Positions 30,942-39,886 of a stretch of 64,000 nt of DNA are shown one piece after another; position 1 is the first letter of the stretch; the number at the start of each line of letters is the position of its first letter. The position numbers and the translations under genes were made by a program. Source of the stretch: Acidimicrobiia bacterium (GTDB lineage: Bacteria > Actinomycetota > Acidimicrobiia > Spongiisociales > ZC4RG35); contig OZ244034.1 of NCBI GenBank assembly GCA_965215185.1, forward strand, positions 480,001 through 544,000, read 5' to 3'. Below the pieces are notes generated by a model. The model worked only from the letters and a program-made list of their open reading frames with translations. It was not told where the DNA came from and searched no databases.

Positions 30942-31631
30942 ATGAAACGCGGCGGGCGCTGGTCAAAGATAGCCGGGTTGCTGCTGGTGGCGATGGTTGC
31001 ATCCTCCTGCGGTGGTGGGGATTCGGGCAGCAGTGAAACGGCGGAGACTGTCGCTGCGGTAACCAGCCCCCCTGAAACCACCACCCCAACCACCTCCGCG
31101 GCGACAGCTGGCACCGCGGCAGTTACCGAAAATTCGCAAGCCGTGCCTGAAACCACCGCTGCCCCCAACTCGACCGCGGCTGAGCCTGCCACCACCACCA
31201 CCGCTGAACCTCTCGGTCCGCCCGCTCCGGATTTCACTTTGGAGTTGGCCAACGGTGGTACGTTCGTTCTCTCGGAGCACACGCAGCCGGTGGTGGTTTT
31301 CTTCTGGGCTGAGTGGTGACCGTCCTGCAAGCGGGAGTTGCCCGCTGTCGACCAGTTGGCAGGAGAGTACGAAGGCCGGGTTGTGGTTGTTGCGCCCGCT
31401 TGGAAGTCCAGTTTGGAAAACACCACTAAGGTTGCGGAAACGCTGCTGCCTTCGGGGAAGGTGTTGTGGGGATTAGATGCGACTCAGGAGATTTTCGCCG
31501 CCTACGGTGTCGGAGGTCAGCCGGCCGGGGCGATTGTCGCTGCTGACGGTTCCCTTGTCTCCACTTGGCGCGGAGCCAGGAACCCCGATGCGATCCGGGA
31601 GGTTCTGGACACCCTGTTGGGTGATGCCTGA
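30942..31631 (+). CDS. Predicted selenoprotein: TlpA/redoxin lipoprotein with UxxC active site (Sec at TGA 31317-31319)
   Basis: Track ORFs 30942-31319 and 31338-31631 share a frame; read-through gives APDFTL..VVVFFWAEW-U-PSC-KRELP; lipobox ASSC; T/A-rich linker; hairpin after TGA. Confidence 0.85.
31320..31364 (+). promoter_or_regulatory. Putative bacterial SECIS element 1
   Basis: Stem AGCGGG/CCCGCT, loop AGTTG 16 nt after TGA; possible lower stem TCCTGC/GCAGGA. Confidence 0.7.
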
Positions 31632-32694
31632 TGAGCCGGACAAGGCTTTCCAAACCCGCCGGCCGGGTGATGATGGCCGTTTGGATTCTTTCCGGGTTGG
31701 TGTGGGGCTCTTGCGGATCCGCTGACACTACCCCGCAAGTGGATACCGCTCCTCCCACGACAACCGCTGCATCCCCAACCGAACAGCCGGTGGAGCCACC
31801 TGCTTCCGATGTTGAGGCTCCTCCCGACGAAAGCGAGCCCTCTCCAACCACCGAGGCGGCAGAGGAGGCTTCGTCCACTCCGACTACTATCGCCGCTGAT
31901 GCCTCGGCTGGGACGGCGACGGACAGCGAAGATACTTCTACCGGTGGGGCCGAAACCACCACCACGGTCGCTCCCACAACTACGGTGGTGACTGAAGATA
32001 CGTATGTCGCCGTCACCACCACCACAGCCGCGGTGGCGACCGACACTGTCACGACCACTACGTCTGCTCCAAGCGCCACGACAGCCGCCCCCACAACCAC
32101 TAGGGCGGCAACTGCAACTACTGGGGCTCCTACTACTACCACGACGGCTGCCCCCACGACCACTACCCGACTACGACTGCTCCCACTACGACTACGACTG
32201 CTCCCACTACGACTACGACTGCTCCCACTACGACTACGACTGCTCCCACGACCACCACGACCGAAGCTCACAATCGGCCTGCCGCTCCCGATTTCACCTT
32301 GGAATTGGGTAACGGGGGGACATTTACTCTCTCTGCGGAGCCTCGTCCTGTTTTCATCGTGTTTTGGGCCGAGTGGTGACCGGCTTGTCAGCGGGAGTTG
32401 CCCGTTATCGATGGTTTAGCCGCCGAGTACCAGGATCGGGTGGCGTTCGTGGCACCGGCCTGGAACGCCAACTTGAGACAAACGCGCCAGAGAGCCGATC
32501 AGCTATTGCGTAGCGGGATAGTGATGTGGGGACTGGACGAGAGCCAGCGGATCTTTTCTGCCTTTAGAGTGCTTGGTCAACCGCAGACAGTCTTGATTGG
32601 AGCCGACAAAACGATTGTCAACCATCTAAGAGGGGAACAGGGTCAATCAACCTTGAGGAACGCCATCGAAGAGCTGCTGGCGATTTCCGGGTAA
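31631..32694 (+). CDS. Second predicted selenoprotein TlpA/redoxin lipoprotein (UxxC, TGA 32377-32379), frameshifted near 32168
   Basis: TGATG coupling to gene 1; WGSC lipobox-like site; T-rich linker; after one-base frame change APDFTLELGNG..VFWAEW-U-PAC-QRELP to TAA 32694. Confidence 0.75.
32168..32251 (+). repeat. 21-bp tandem repeat x4 (TTTTTAP in the downstream frame)
   Basis: CGACTACGACTGCTCCCACTA x3 plus one near-identical copy. Confidence 0.92.
32380..32422 (+). promoter_or_regulatory. Putative bacterial SECIS element 2
   Basis: Stem AGCGGG/CCCGTT, loop AGTTG 16 nt after TGA; possible lower stem CGGCT/AGCCG. Confidence 0.7.
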
Positions 32695-32759
32695 TCCCGT
32701 CCCCGCCAAGTTTCTACCCAACGCGTTTGTCGATCTGACCGAGACATGATCGGGGTTTG

Positions 32760-34154
32760 ATGAGACTCTGGGAATTGCTCCTGACAGGCGCATGCGTTCT
32801 GGCCGTGTTGTGGCCGGCGCTGGAGGGTAGAAGACTGCGCCGAGGGGTTATGGCCGCGGTGCTCCTGGTCGTTCTCGGTCTTCAATTCCTAGTGGAAGGG
32901 TTCCGTTGGCAATTGTGGGGTCTGTACGGCGTGGCGCTGGGAATGGTGTTGGGCGATGTGCTGGTGGGAGAGCGAGAATTGGTTTCGTATCAGCGTATTC
33001 GCAGGGTTGTACTGGGGCTGGTGGGAATCATCCTGGTGGTCGCTCCCGCCTGGGCTCTGCCGGTGGTGGAACTGCCTCCCCCCACCGGTCCCTATCAGAT
33101 CGCCACCGCCACCTTCGAGATTCGCAGTCCGGACCGCCTGGAGGTCTACGGCCCAAAACCGGGACAAGATCGTCGGCTGATGGCCCAGGTCTGGTACCCC
33201 GGCAGGGTCCCGGAAGGAGCCGAACTCCTGAGCCCATGGATAGCCGATCTGGAGGTGGTGGGGTCGGCTCTGTCGCAAACCATGGGCGTCCCCGGGTTCT
33301 TTCTGGACTACACCGCCTATACCTCCTCCCATAGCTATGAGCGAGCTGTCCCATATCAAGGGCAGATTCCGGTGGTCATCTATTCGCATGGCTGGCGGTT
33401 GTTTCGCAACTCGGCGCTGTACCAAATGGAATCACTGGCCAGCCACGGGTATCTGGTGATTGCTGTGGACCACACCTACGGGTCGGTGGCCACCGTTTTT
33501 CCAGATGGCGAAACCGCCCGGCTGGACCCCGAAGCTCTTCCCGATCCCGACGAGGTAGGAGACGAGGCTTTCGAGGAGGCGGCGGTACGGTTGTTGGAGA
33601 CTTACTCTGAGGATCTCCGCCTGATAATCAGGAGCCTGGAGCAGGGAACCAGTGGCCCCTTCGGATCGCTGGCCGCCATTGCCGATATGGACCGGTTGGG
33701 AATCTACGGTCATTCACTGGGGGGAGGAGCGGCTGTCCGAACCTGCCTGGTGGAGACCGTATGTGGGGTGGTGGCGGCGCTGGACGGTTGGGTGGAGCCC
33801 ATCGATTCTTCGGAACTCTCCGGAGAACTGAACATCCCTTCGATGTTCATCCGCTCCGACCCTTGGCGGGAGTTGGAAAACGATCAGGTGCTACGGGGAT
33901 TGGTGGAACGCAGCAACCGGCGAACCTATTGGATCGGCATACAGGACACTGTCCACAGCGATTTGACCATCGCCCCGGTGCTCACTCCTTTGGGTAGTCG
34001 GCTCGGACTAAGAGGGGCCATGCCCGCAGCCCAGGTGTTTGCGATCATCGACCGCTATTTGGTTTCCTTCTTCGATCGGCACTTGCTGGGAGTGGGCGGA
34101 CGAGATATAACTGAGGCGCCTCCACCGGGGGTCTTGTTCGAGTTGATCCCCTGA
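32760..34154 (+). CDS. Membrane-anchored alpha/beta hydrolase (PAF-acetylhydrolase-like)
   Basis: N-terminal TMs, PTGPY, QVWYP, YSHG, LASHGY, GHSLGG nucleophile elbow. Confidence 0.85.
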   Translation: MRLWELLLTGACVLAVLWPALEGRRLRRGVMAAVLLVVLGLQFLVEGFRWQLWGLYGVALGMVLGDVLVGERELVSYQRIRRVVLGLVGIILVVAPAWALPVVELPPPTGPYQIATATFEIRSPDRLEVYGPKPGQDRRLMAQVWYPGRVPEGAELLSPWIADLEVVGSALSQTMGVPGFFLDYTAYTSSHSYERAVPYQGQIPVVIYSHGWRLFRNSALYQMESLASHGYLVIAVDHTYGSVATVFPDGETARLDPEALPDPDEVGDEAFEEAAVRLLETYSEDLRLIIRSLEQGTSGPFGSLAAIADMDRLGIYGHSLGGGAAVRTCLVETVCGVVAALDGWVEPIDSSELSGELNIPSMFIRSDPWRELENDQVLRGLVERSNRRTYWIGIQDTVHSDLTIAPVLTPLGSRLGLRGAMPAAQVFAIIDRYLVSFFDRHLLGVGGRDITEAPPPGVLFELIP

Positions 34155-34176
34155 GGAGGCTGTCGGCGCTGCCCGG

Positions 34177-34731
34177 CTAGTTACCACCAAGGATCCGGTC
34201 GATCTCCCTGCCCAACATCAGAGCATTGGAAGGGCCGGCAATTCTCTGGGTGACCTTGCCGTCCGGCCCGATCACGTAGGTTTCAGGCACTCCGAACACC
34301 CCGAAAGAGATGGCGGCTCTGCTGTCAGGATCCGACAGATAGGCAACCCGAGGCGATACTCCCATCTCATTGAGGAAAGCGATGGCGTCATCGGTTCGAT
34401 CCTGGTAAGCGACTTGAATGAGGCGCACTCCCGAACCGAAGAAGGCATCGGCCACTGCCAGGAGGTCGGCGTGTTCCACCCGGCATTCCAGGCACCATGA
34501 GGCGAAGAAGTTGATCAACGTCACCTGCGCCTCCGGAGGCGGTATGGTTGTCTCGGCGGACCCGTCCAGAAGGGGAAGGGTCAAGACCGGAGCAGCAGCC
34601 CCGATCAGCGGAGAGGGGGAAGGCTGGGGGTCTCCTGAGAGGCGAGAAGCGAATACCCCGGCGATCACCGCGGTGGAGATCACGATCAGTGAAGCCAGAA
34701 TCAACCCGGCCCGGCCGCGACTTACTTTCAT
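34177..34731 (-). CDS. ccmG: CcmG/TlpA thiol:disulfide oxidoreductase
   Basis: SPLIG..AP, NFFASWCLECRVEH, FGVFGVPETY; last gene of ccm operon. Confidence 0.85.
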   Translation of the reverse strand: MKVSRGRAGLILASLIVISTAVIAGVFASRLSGDPQPSPSPLIGAAAPVLTLPLLDGSAETTIPPPEAQVTLINFFASWCLECRVEHADLLAVADAFFGSGVRLIQVAYQDRTDDAIAFLNEMGVSPRVAYLSDPDSRAAISFGVFGVPETYVIGPDGKVTQRIAGPSNALMLGREIDRILGGN

Positions 34732-35519
34732 GAGCATTCTTCCTCAGCTTGGGCGGCAGCCAATTCGGAGGCGACCGCGGTCTGAGTTGGCAGGGCTTCT
34801 ACCACTTTTTCCAACAGCGGAACGGCCAGACCGGGCTGGCCCGTCCCGCACCACAGCACTATGGCTTTGAAATACAGAACCTGGGGGTGATCGGGCGCCA
34901 CTCCCAGAGCGCGGTCCAGGGTTTCTATGGCCAGTTGAGCTTCTCCTGATCCCGCCCAGGCCATCCACCCCAAGTGGCCCAGGGCTTCCGCCTCCTCACC
35001 CGGGGTCGGATTACGTTCCAGCACTCCCCGGTATTCAGTGAAGGCCCCCGAGAAGTCCCCGGCCTGAAAGTAACGGGCGGCCAAGGCCAGACGCATCCCG
35101 TTTATCTGGGGGTGCTCGGCGTTGGCGGCGATGACCGCCTCCATGGTCTCGTTGGAATACTGCGAGGGATCGAAATCTTCGCCGTTGCCCACGGGCTGCT
35201 CATCTGGTTGGGTAAACCATTCCACCGTGACCACCAGCGTTAGGGCCGCGATTGCGAGCAGAGCGGCAATCACCGCCCTTCCCTGGGTCCAGAACGGTGT
35301 TGACTTTTGGTCCTCCTCGGTGGTCTCCGGGTTCCTCATGGCGGAGGAGGTTGTCTCGGACAGCCTCAGCCTGGCTCTTTCCATCTCTTCCAGGTACAGT
35401 TCACGCAGCCTCTGACCGGTATCGGGAGGGATTTCGTTCTCGTCCAGTTGCTGTTGCAGCTCTTCCAAGTCGCGGGCGGCTTGGGCAAGCCGGGCTTCCC
35501 ACTTTTCATACTCGTTCAC
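34728..35519 (-). CDS. CcmI/CycH-like TPR protein
   Basis: RDLEELQQQLDENEI coiled coil, TM, TPR-like helices; operon position. Confidence 0.75.
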   Translation of the reverse strand: MNEYEKWEARLAQAARDLEELQQQLDENEIPPDTGQRLRELYLEEMERARLRLSETTSSAMRNPETTEEDQKSTPFWTQGRAVIAALLAIAALTLVVTVEWFTQPDEQPVGNGEDFDPSQYSNETMEAVIAANAEHPQINGMRLALAARYFQAGDFSGAFTEYRGVLERNPTPGEEAEALGHLGWMAWAGSGEAQLAIETLDRALGVAPDHPQVLYFKAIVLWCGTGQPGLAVPLLEKVVEALPTQTAVASELAAAQAEEECS

Positions 35520-35947
35520 GGCGACTCACCAGAATCTGCAGAGGAGGCGGGTCTTCTTAGACGGGAGAGGGCCAGGCCCACTCCCGTCAGCAAGGCCGCC
35601 AAGGGCAGGGCCCACAACAAGGCAGTGGTGGCGCTAAATGGGGGATCAAGCAACTGGGAGTTGGGGTAGGAGGCCATCAGCCGATCGAGGACCTGTTGCT
35701 CGGAGAGGCCCTGTGCCACCATCTCTCGCACATAGGCCATCATGTCGGCCGCATAGGAACTGGGCGACTCGGCGATTGATTCACCTTCGCACGCCGGGCA
35801 TCGTATCTGCTTGCCGATGTTTTCGGCGCGATCGGTCAGCGCCGGGTCAGCGTTGAGTAACGAAACCACCACGAATAAGCCGAGCGCGATGGTGATCAGG
35901 GGAGAGACCCAGCGGAGAGGGCGGGGCGTTTGCGACAGGTTAGACAC
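35516..35947 (-). CDS. ccmH: Cytochrome c biogenesis protein CcmH
   Basis: IRCPACEGESIAES, LLDPP, LLWALP. Confidence 0.9.
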   Translation of the reverse strand: MSNLSQTPRPLRWVSPLITIALGLFVVVSLLNADPALTDRAENIGKQIRCPACEGESIAESPSSYAADMMAYVREMVAQGLSEQQVLDRLMASYPNSQLLDPPFSATTALLWALPLAALLTGVGLALSRLRRPASSADSGESP

Positions 35948-37997
35948 CTGCACGCGCCGTTTCCCTGGAGGACAGGGAGGATGATTTGCGGCGTCTTCTG
36001 CCCCGAAGGGAATACAGACCGCCAGCCGCACAGGTTAGCCCCCCCAACCACAGCACCCATTGCAAGGGAGCGGTGGCCACCCGCAAGGTGATGCCCTGTT
36101 GATCGATACGCGTCACGCTCAGATAGAGGTCTTCTTTCCAGGTACGGTGGATGCCGGGAGTGGCTATCGGCAATGCCAAGTTCTCAAATCGGCTAAGGGC
36201 CGGTTCCGCCCGTCCCCGTAATTCGTCGTTTCTCCAAATCTCCACGAGAGCGGAGCTTTCCAGTCGATTGGGGGTTCTGGCGGTGGACACGCCCGTATGG
36301 ACCAGTTCGTAGCCAGCGAATTCCACCCTATCTCCGGGCGCCATCTCCACCCGGTCGAGAGTCTGCCCCAGGTTCGAGGTGGCGGCGATTGCCACTGCCA
36401 CCAAAGCCACTCCGGCATGCGCCAACTGGCCGCCCCAATAGCCCCGATCAGATCTGATCACTCTTGCCACGGCGCTCCTGAGAGGGACGGTCCGCGCGGT
36501 TGCCACCCTTTGGGACTGCATCCAGAGACGGTTGCCCCCCACCGCCACCACCCAGGTGCCGGCTATCACGGCCAGCACCGCGTACCCCACCGAGGTGGTG
36601 GTGATGATCACCAGGGCTCCGGCCCCGAGCGCCAGTTGGAGAGGCAGACGAAGGCGAGGCCACACAACGCTGGGTCGGGCCACCCGCCAGGGCAGGGCGG
36701 GTCCCACACCCATCGCCAACAGCAGTGCAAAGCTGATCGGAACGGCCAAACGATCAAAGAAAGGCCGCCCAACTCCAACTTCGGAGCCGGTGAAGGCTTC
36801 CAGTACCAGCGGATAGAGGGTTCCCGTCAACACCACCAAGGCATAGACCGACAACAGCAGGTTGTTGACCAAAAAGCCTCCCTCCCGGCTGGAGAGCGAC
36901 TCCAGCCGAGGGGGTGAGGAGATCTGCGGGGAACGGACCGCAAACAAGACAAAAGATCCCACCACCACCACCACCAAAAAGCCCAGGAGCGCCGGGCCGA
37001 TAGGTGATTGGGTAAAGGAATGGACCGAGGCGATCACCCCCGATCGAGTCAGGAAGGTGCCCAGGATGGTCAGAGAGAAAGCTCCGATCACCAATACGAA
37101 ATTCCAAGCCTCCAACATTCCTCTTCGTTCTTGAACCAGGGAGGAGTGCAGGAAGGCGGTGGCCACCAACCAGGGCATGAAAGAGGCGTTTTCTACCGGA
37201 TCCCAGGCCCAAAACCCTCCCCAACCCAGCACCTCATAGGCCCACCAGGCGCCCAGGGTGATACCCGTAGTGAGAAACACCCAGCTCACTCTGGTCCACA
37301 GGCCGCTTCGGCGAAGCCACTGAGCACCCATCTGGCCAAGGGCCAAGGCTGAGATGCCGTAGGCAAACGGAACGGTCAACCCCACATAACCCAGATACAG
37401 CAGCGGGGGGTGGATGGCCATCAACAGATGGTTCTGCAGGAGCGGGTTTGGTCCCGCGCCATCTGCTGGACCCACGGCGGCAGAAAAGGGAAAGGGGCTG
37501 GAAGCGGCGCAGGAACGGGCGGCGGCCTCGACACACACTTCGAAGGGGTTGGCCACCGTTGCCATAAGTCCAAAGAAGAAGACCCCAACTGCCCCGATCA
37601 CCGCCAAGGCCCCCCAGTCGAGGGTGTCCGGTTCGGTCTTTCTGGTGGTTGCTCTTCGCCACACTGCGTAGGCGTAAGCGGCAAGTACCAGCCCCCACAA
37701 GACTATGGAGCCTTCCAGGGCCGCCCAGGCGGTGGCGATGTTAAAGGGAAACGGGGTGTAGCGAGAGTGGTGGTCGGCCACATAGGAGATGGTGAAGTCG
37801 TTGACCAACAGGGCAGTCTCCAAGATGACCATGGCGCCCAGAGCGGCGAAGACCATGCCATAAAGGGATCGTCGGATGGTGGCGGTGGAATGGGATGCAG
37901 ACGACCGGCTTCGAGCCGCCCGCCACGAGGTCACCGTCAGCCCGGCCGAGGCTGCCAACGCCCCCCACACCGCCAAGGTACCGGCGAGCGAAAGCAT
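35940..37997 (-). CDS. ccmF: Heme lyase CcmF
   Basis: HPPLLYLGYVG, WAYEVLGWGGFWAWDPVENASFMPW, TRSG..SVHSF. Confidence 0.96.
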   Translation of the reverse strand: MLSLAGTLAVWGALAASAGLTVTSWRAARSRSSASHSTATIRRSLYGMVFAALGAMVILETALLVNDFTISYVADHHSRYTPFPFNIATAWAALEGSIVLWGLVLAAYAYAVWRRATTRKTEPDTLDWGALAVIGAVGVFFFGLMATVANPFEVCVEAAARSCAASSPFPFSAAVGPADGAGPNPLLQNHLLMAIHPPLLYLGYVGLTVPFAYGISALALGQMGAQWLRRSGLWTRVSWVFLTTGITLGAWWAYEVLGWGGFWAWDPVENASFMPWLVATAFLHSSLVQERRGMLEAWNFVLVIGAFSLTILGTFLTRSGVIASVHSFTQSPIGPALLGFLVVVVVGSFVLFAVRSPQISSPPRLESLSSREGGFLVNNLLLSVYALVVLTGTLYPLVLEAFTGSEVGVGRPFFDRLAVPISFALLLAMGVGPALPWRVARPSVVWPRLRLPLQLALGAGALVIITTTSVGYAVLAVIAGTWVVAVGGNRLWMQSQRVATARTVPLRSAVARVIRSDRGYWGGQLAHAGVALVAVAIAATSNLGQTLDRVEMAPGDRVEFAGYELVHTGVSTARTPNRLESSALVEIWRNDELRGRAEPALSRFENLALPIATPGIHRTWKEDLYLSVTRIDQQGITLRVATAPLQWVLWLGGLTCAAGGLYSLRGRRRRKSSSLSSRETARAGV

Positions 37998-38404
37998 CAG
38001 GAGGAGGAGTTATCTGTGACTGACGGAGCCTGATAGTTCTCATCGTGGGAGATGAGAGCTCCATCGGCTCGGTAGTCATCACCCCGCCAGGCGCCGTCCA
38101 ATAGCACGTTGACGTCTTCGTCGAAGAGCAAAGGGGGAGTGTCGGTGAGAATCACCGGGATGGTGGAAGCGCCGTCGGTGATTTGGAATCGCAGCGGGTC
38201 GGCACCTTCCTGCAGGGAACCTTCAACCACGATTCCTGCCAGCCGGAAGCGTCGCCCGTCGGGGAAATCGGCCCGTTGGGCAACCGCTTCGCGAGGGGTT
38301 AGATAGTAGACAAGGTCACTTCCGATGTTTTGAAGCAGGAAAAACCCGGCTATGAGGATGGCCAGCCCTGCTGAGATCAGAAACGGCCAACGGCGTTGTT
38401 TCAT
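37997..38404 (-). CDS. ccmE: Heme chaperone CcmE
   Basis: YYLTP.E, RLAG.V.EGS, HDENY heme-binding motif. Confidence 0.92.
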   Translation of the reverse strand: MKQRRWPFLISAGLAILIAGFFLLQNIGSDLVYYLTPREAVAQRADFPDGRRFRLAGIVVEGSLQEGADPLRFQITDGASTIPVILTDTPPLLFDEDVNVLLDGAWRGDDYRADGALISHDENYQAPSVTDNSSS

Positions 38405-38514
38405 CACTCTCGGGGGTCCGTTGCCCTCCGCCATCGCACCGCCAAGCGGAGGATGTAACCCGCCAGAATTACTCCCGTGGCCAGATAAGCCGCCCACACC
38501 CAGCCGATGCTCAA
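38404..38514 (-). CDS. ccmD: Heme exporter protein CcmD (36 aa), not in ORF track
   Basis: MSIGWVWAAYLATGVILAGYILRLAVRWRRATDPRE*; TTG overlaps ccmC stop, stop overlaps ccmE start. Confidence 0.75.
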   Translation of the reverse strand: MSIGWVWAAYLATGVILAGYILRLAVRWRRATDPRE

Positions 38515-39215
38515 GCTTTTGCCTGTCCCAGTTGGGGAGCGGAGACCGGGCTATGGACGGTCAATTCCACAGTGCCAACTGCCTCTTCCAGGCGGGCGAG
38601 TTCCGTGCGGAAAGCCAGTAGCGTCACGTAGAGCAATGTGAAGGCTGCCAGGTTCACCAGCAGCGCCACGACCATTGCTCCTTCCATCTGGATACCGTCG
38701 GGGCGGATGGTCAGACCTTGATGGAGAGTGCGCCAGAGCTTCACCGAAAAATAGACGAGGGGGACCTGCACGACGGCCACCGCTCCCAACACCGCCGAGC
38801 GTCGCGCCCGCAGGTGTTGGTCGACAGTGGTGCGACGCAGGGCCAGGTAACCGATGTATACGAAGAACATCAGGGCGGTAGTGACCAGGCGGGCGTCGCC
38901 CCAGTCCCAGTAGGTGCCCCATACCGGCTTTCCCCAGATCATGCCGGTGGCCAGAGCCACCGCGGTGAACAGCACTCCCGTCTCGGCGGATGCCTCGGCC
39001 ACTCGATCCCAACTCATCCGCCTGAAAAACAGCCATCCGATGCTGGCCGCGGCTGTCACCCCGAAAGCCAGGAACGCAAGCCACGCCGAGGGAACATGGA
39101 TATAGAGGATGCGCACGAAATCGCCTTGGAAAGCATCGGGGGGCGAGGTGAAAGCAGTGACCAGTCCCCCTCCCAGAGCCGCGGCGGTCACTGTGACCAA
39201 CAGCCTCTTTTTCAC
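38511..39215 (-). CDS. ccmC: Heme exporter CcmC
   Basis: RILYIHVPSAW, WGKPVWGTYW..DARL, WRTLHQ. Confidence 0.95.
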   Translation of the reverse strand: MKKRLLVTVTAAALGGGLVTAFTSPPDAFQGDFVRILYIHVPSAWLAFLAFGVTAAASIGWLFFRRMSWDRVAEASAETGVLFTAVALATGMIWGKPVWGTYWDWGDARLVTTALMFFVYIGYLALRRTTVDQHLRARRSAVLGAVAVVQVPLVYFSVKLWRTLHQGLTIRPDGIQMEGAMVVALLVNLAAFTLLYVTLLAFRTELARLEEAVGTVELTVHSPVSAPQLGQAKA

Positions 39216-39886
39216 AGGGCGATTTCCTCCAGAGCCCGAGCCGACATGACTCCTGCGGCCGCCAGGCCAAGATCGGCGATAACCAACACCAGTACCCAAG
39301 CGATGATACTCCTGTCCGCAATCAAACTTTCCAGCGCCTGGGAAGCTCCCATTAGCAGGGGAGTGGCCAGCGGCGCCATCAGGAGGGGAGCGAGGCTGGT
39401 GCGGGCCCGCAGCCCGGTGGTCACATCCGCGGCTAGAGTGCCAAGCAGCGACAGTCCCACCGTGGCCAAGCCGATGACCGGCGCCATGAGCCATGCTCCG
39501 GTGGGCGCCCGGTAGTCGTAAAAGACGATCACCGGGATCAGCAGTGTTCCAGCCACTGTGGTCAGGATCAATGCGGAGGCGGCCGAACGGCCCGCGAAAC
39601 GGGCGGCCGGATCGAGGCCGGTGAGGGCCAGGACCCGTCGCTGGGTAGATGTCTCCAAAGCTGTCTGGCGGAAAACGATCATCATTCCAAACAGCAGGGT
39701 GATCAACCAGTACACAGGGGCGGCCAGATCACGAAGCAACATGGGAGATGCGTTCGTGGCCAGGGGCACCACCCAGGTGGCCACCACGGCGAAGGGAAAC
39801 ACCACTGAGTAGGCCTCGCCGCTTCTGACCTCAACCCGCAGGTCGCGGCAGGCGATGATTCTCGCTGACTTCCAGAACCCGGTCAT
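39212..39886 (-). CDS. ccmB: Heme exporter permease CcmB
   Basis: RDLRVE.RS, LLMAPLATPLL; six TMs; position between ccmA and ccmC. Confidence 0.85.
   Translation of the reverse strand: MTGFWKSARIIACRDLRVEVRSGEAYSVVFPFAVVATWVVPLATNASPMLLRDLAAPVYWLITLLFGMMIVFRQTALETSTQRRVLALTGLDPAARFAGRSAASALILTTVAGTLLIPVIVFYDYRAPTGAWLMAPVIGLATVGLSLLGTLAADVTTGLRARTSLAPLLMAPLATPLLMGASQALESLIADRSIIAWVLVLVIADLGLAAAGVMSARALEEIAL

Noticed and set aside
32168-32251. 21-bp repeats as CRISPR or as real (RLRLLPL)n / (HYDYDCS)n proteins
   Set aside because: The repeats are contiguous without spacers, and the Thr-rich frame is the one continuous with the redoxin domain.
34728-34740. C-S-TGA at the end of the CcmI-like gene as a C-terminal Sec
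   Set aside because: The TGA is part of an ATGA overlap with ccmG and no SECIS-like hairpin matching the other two follows it.
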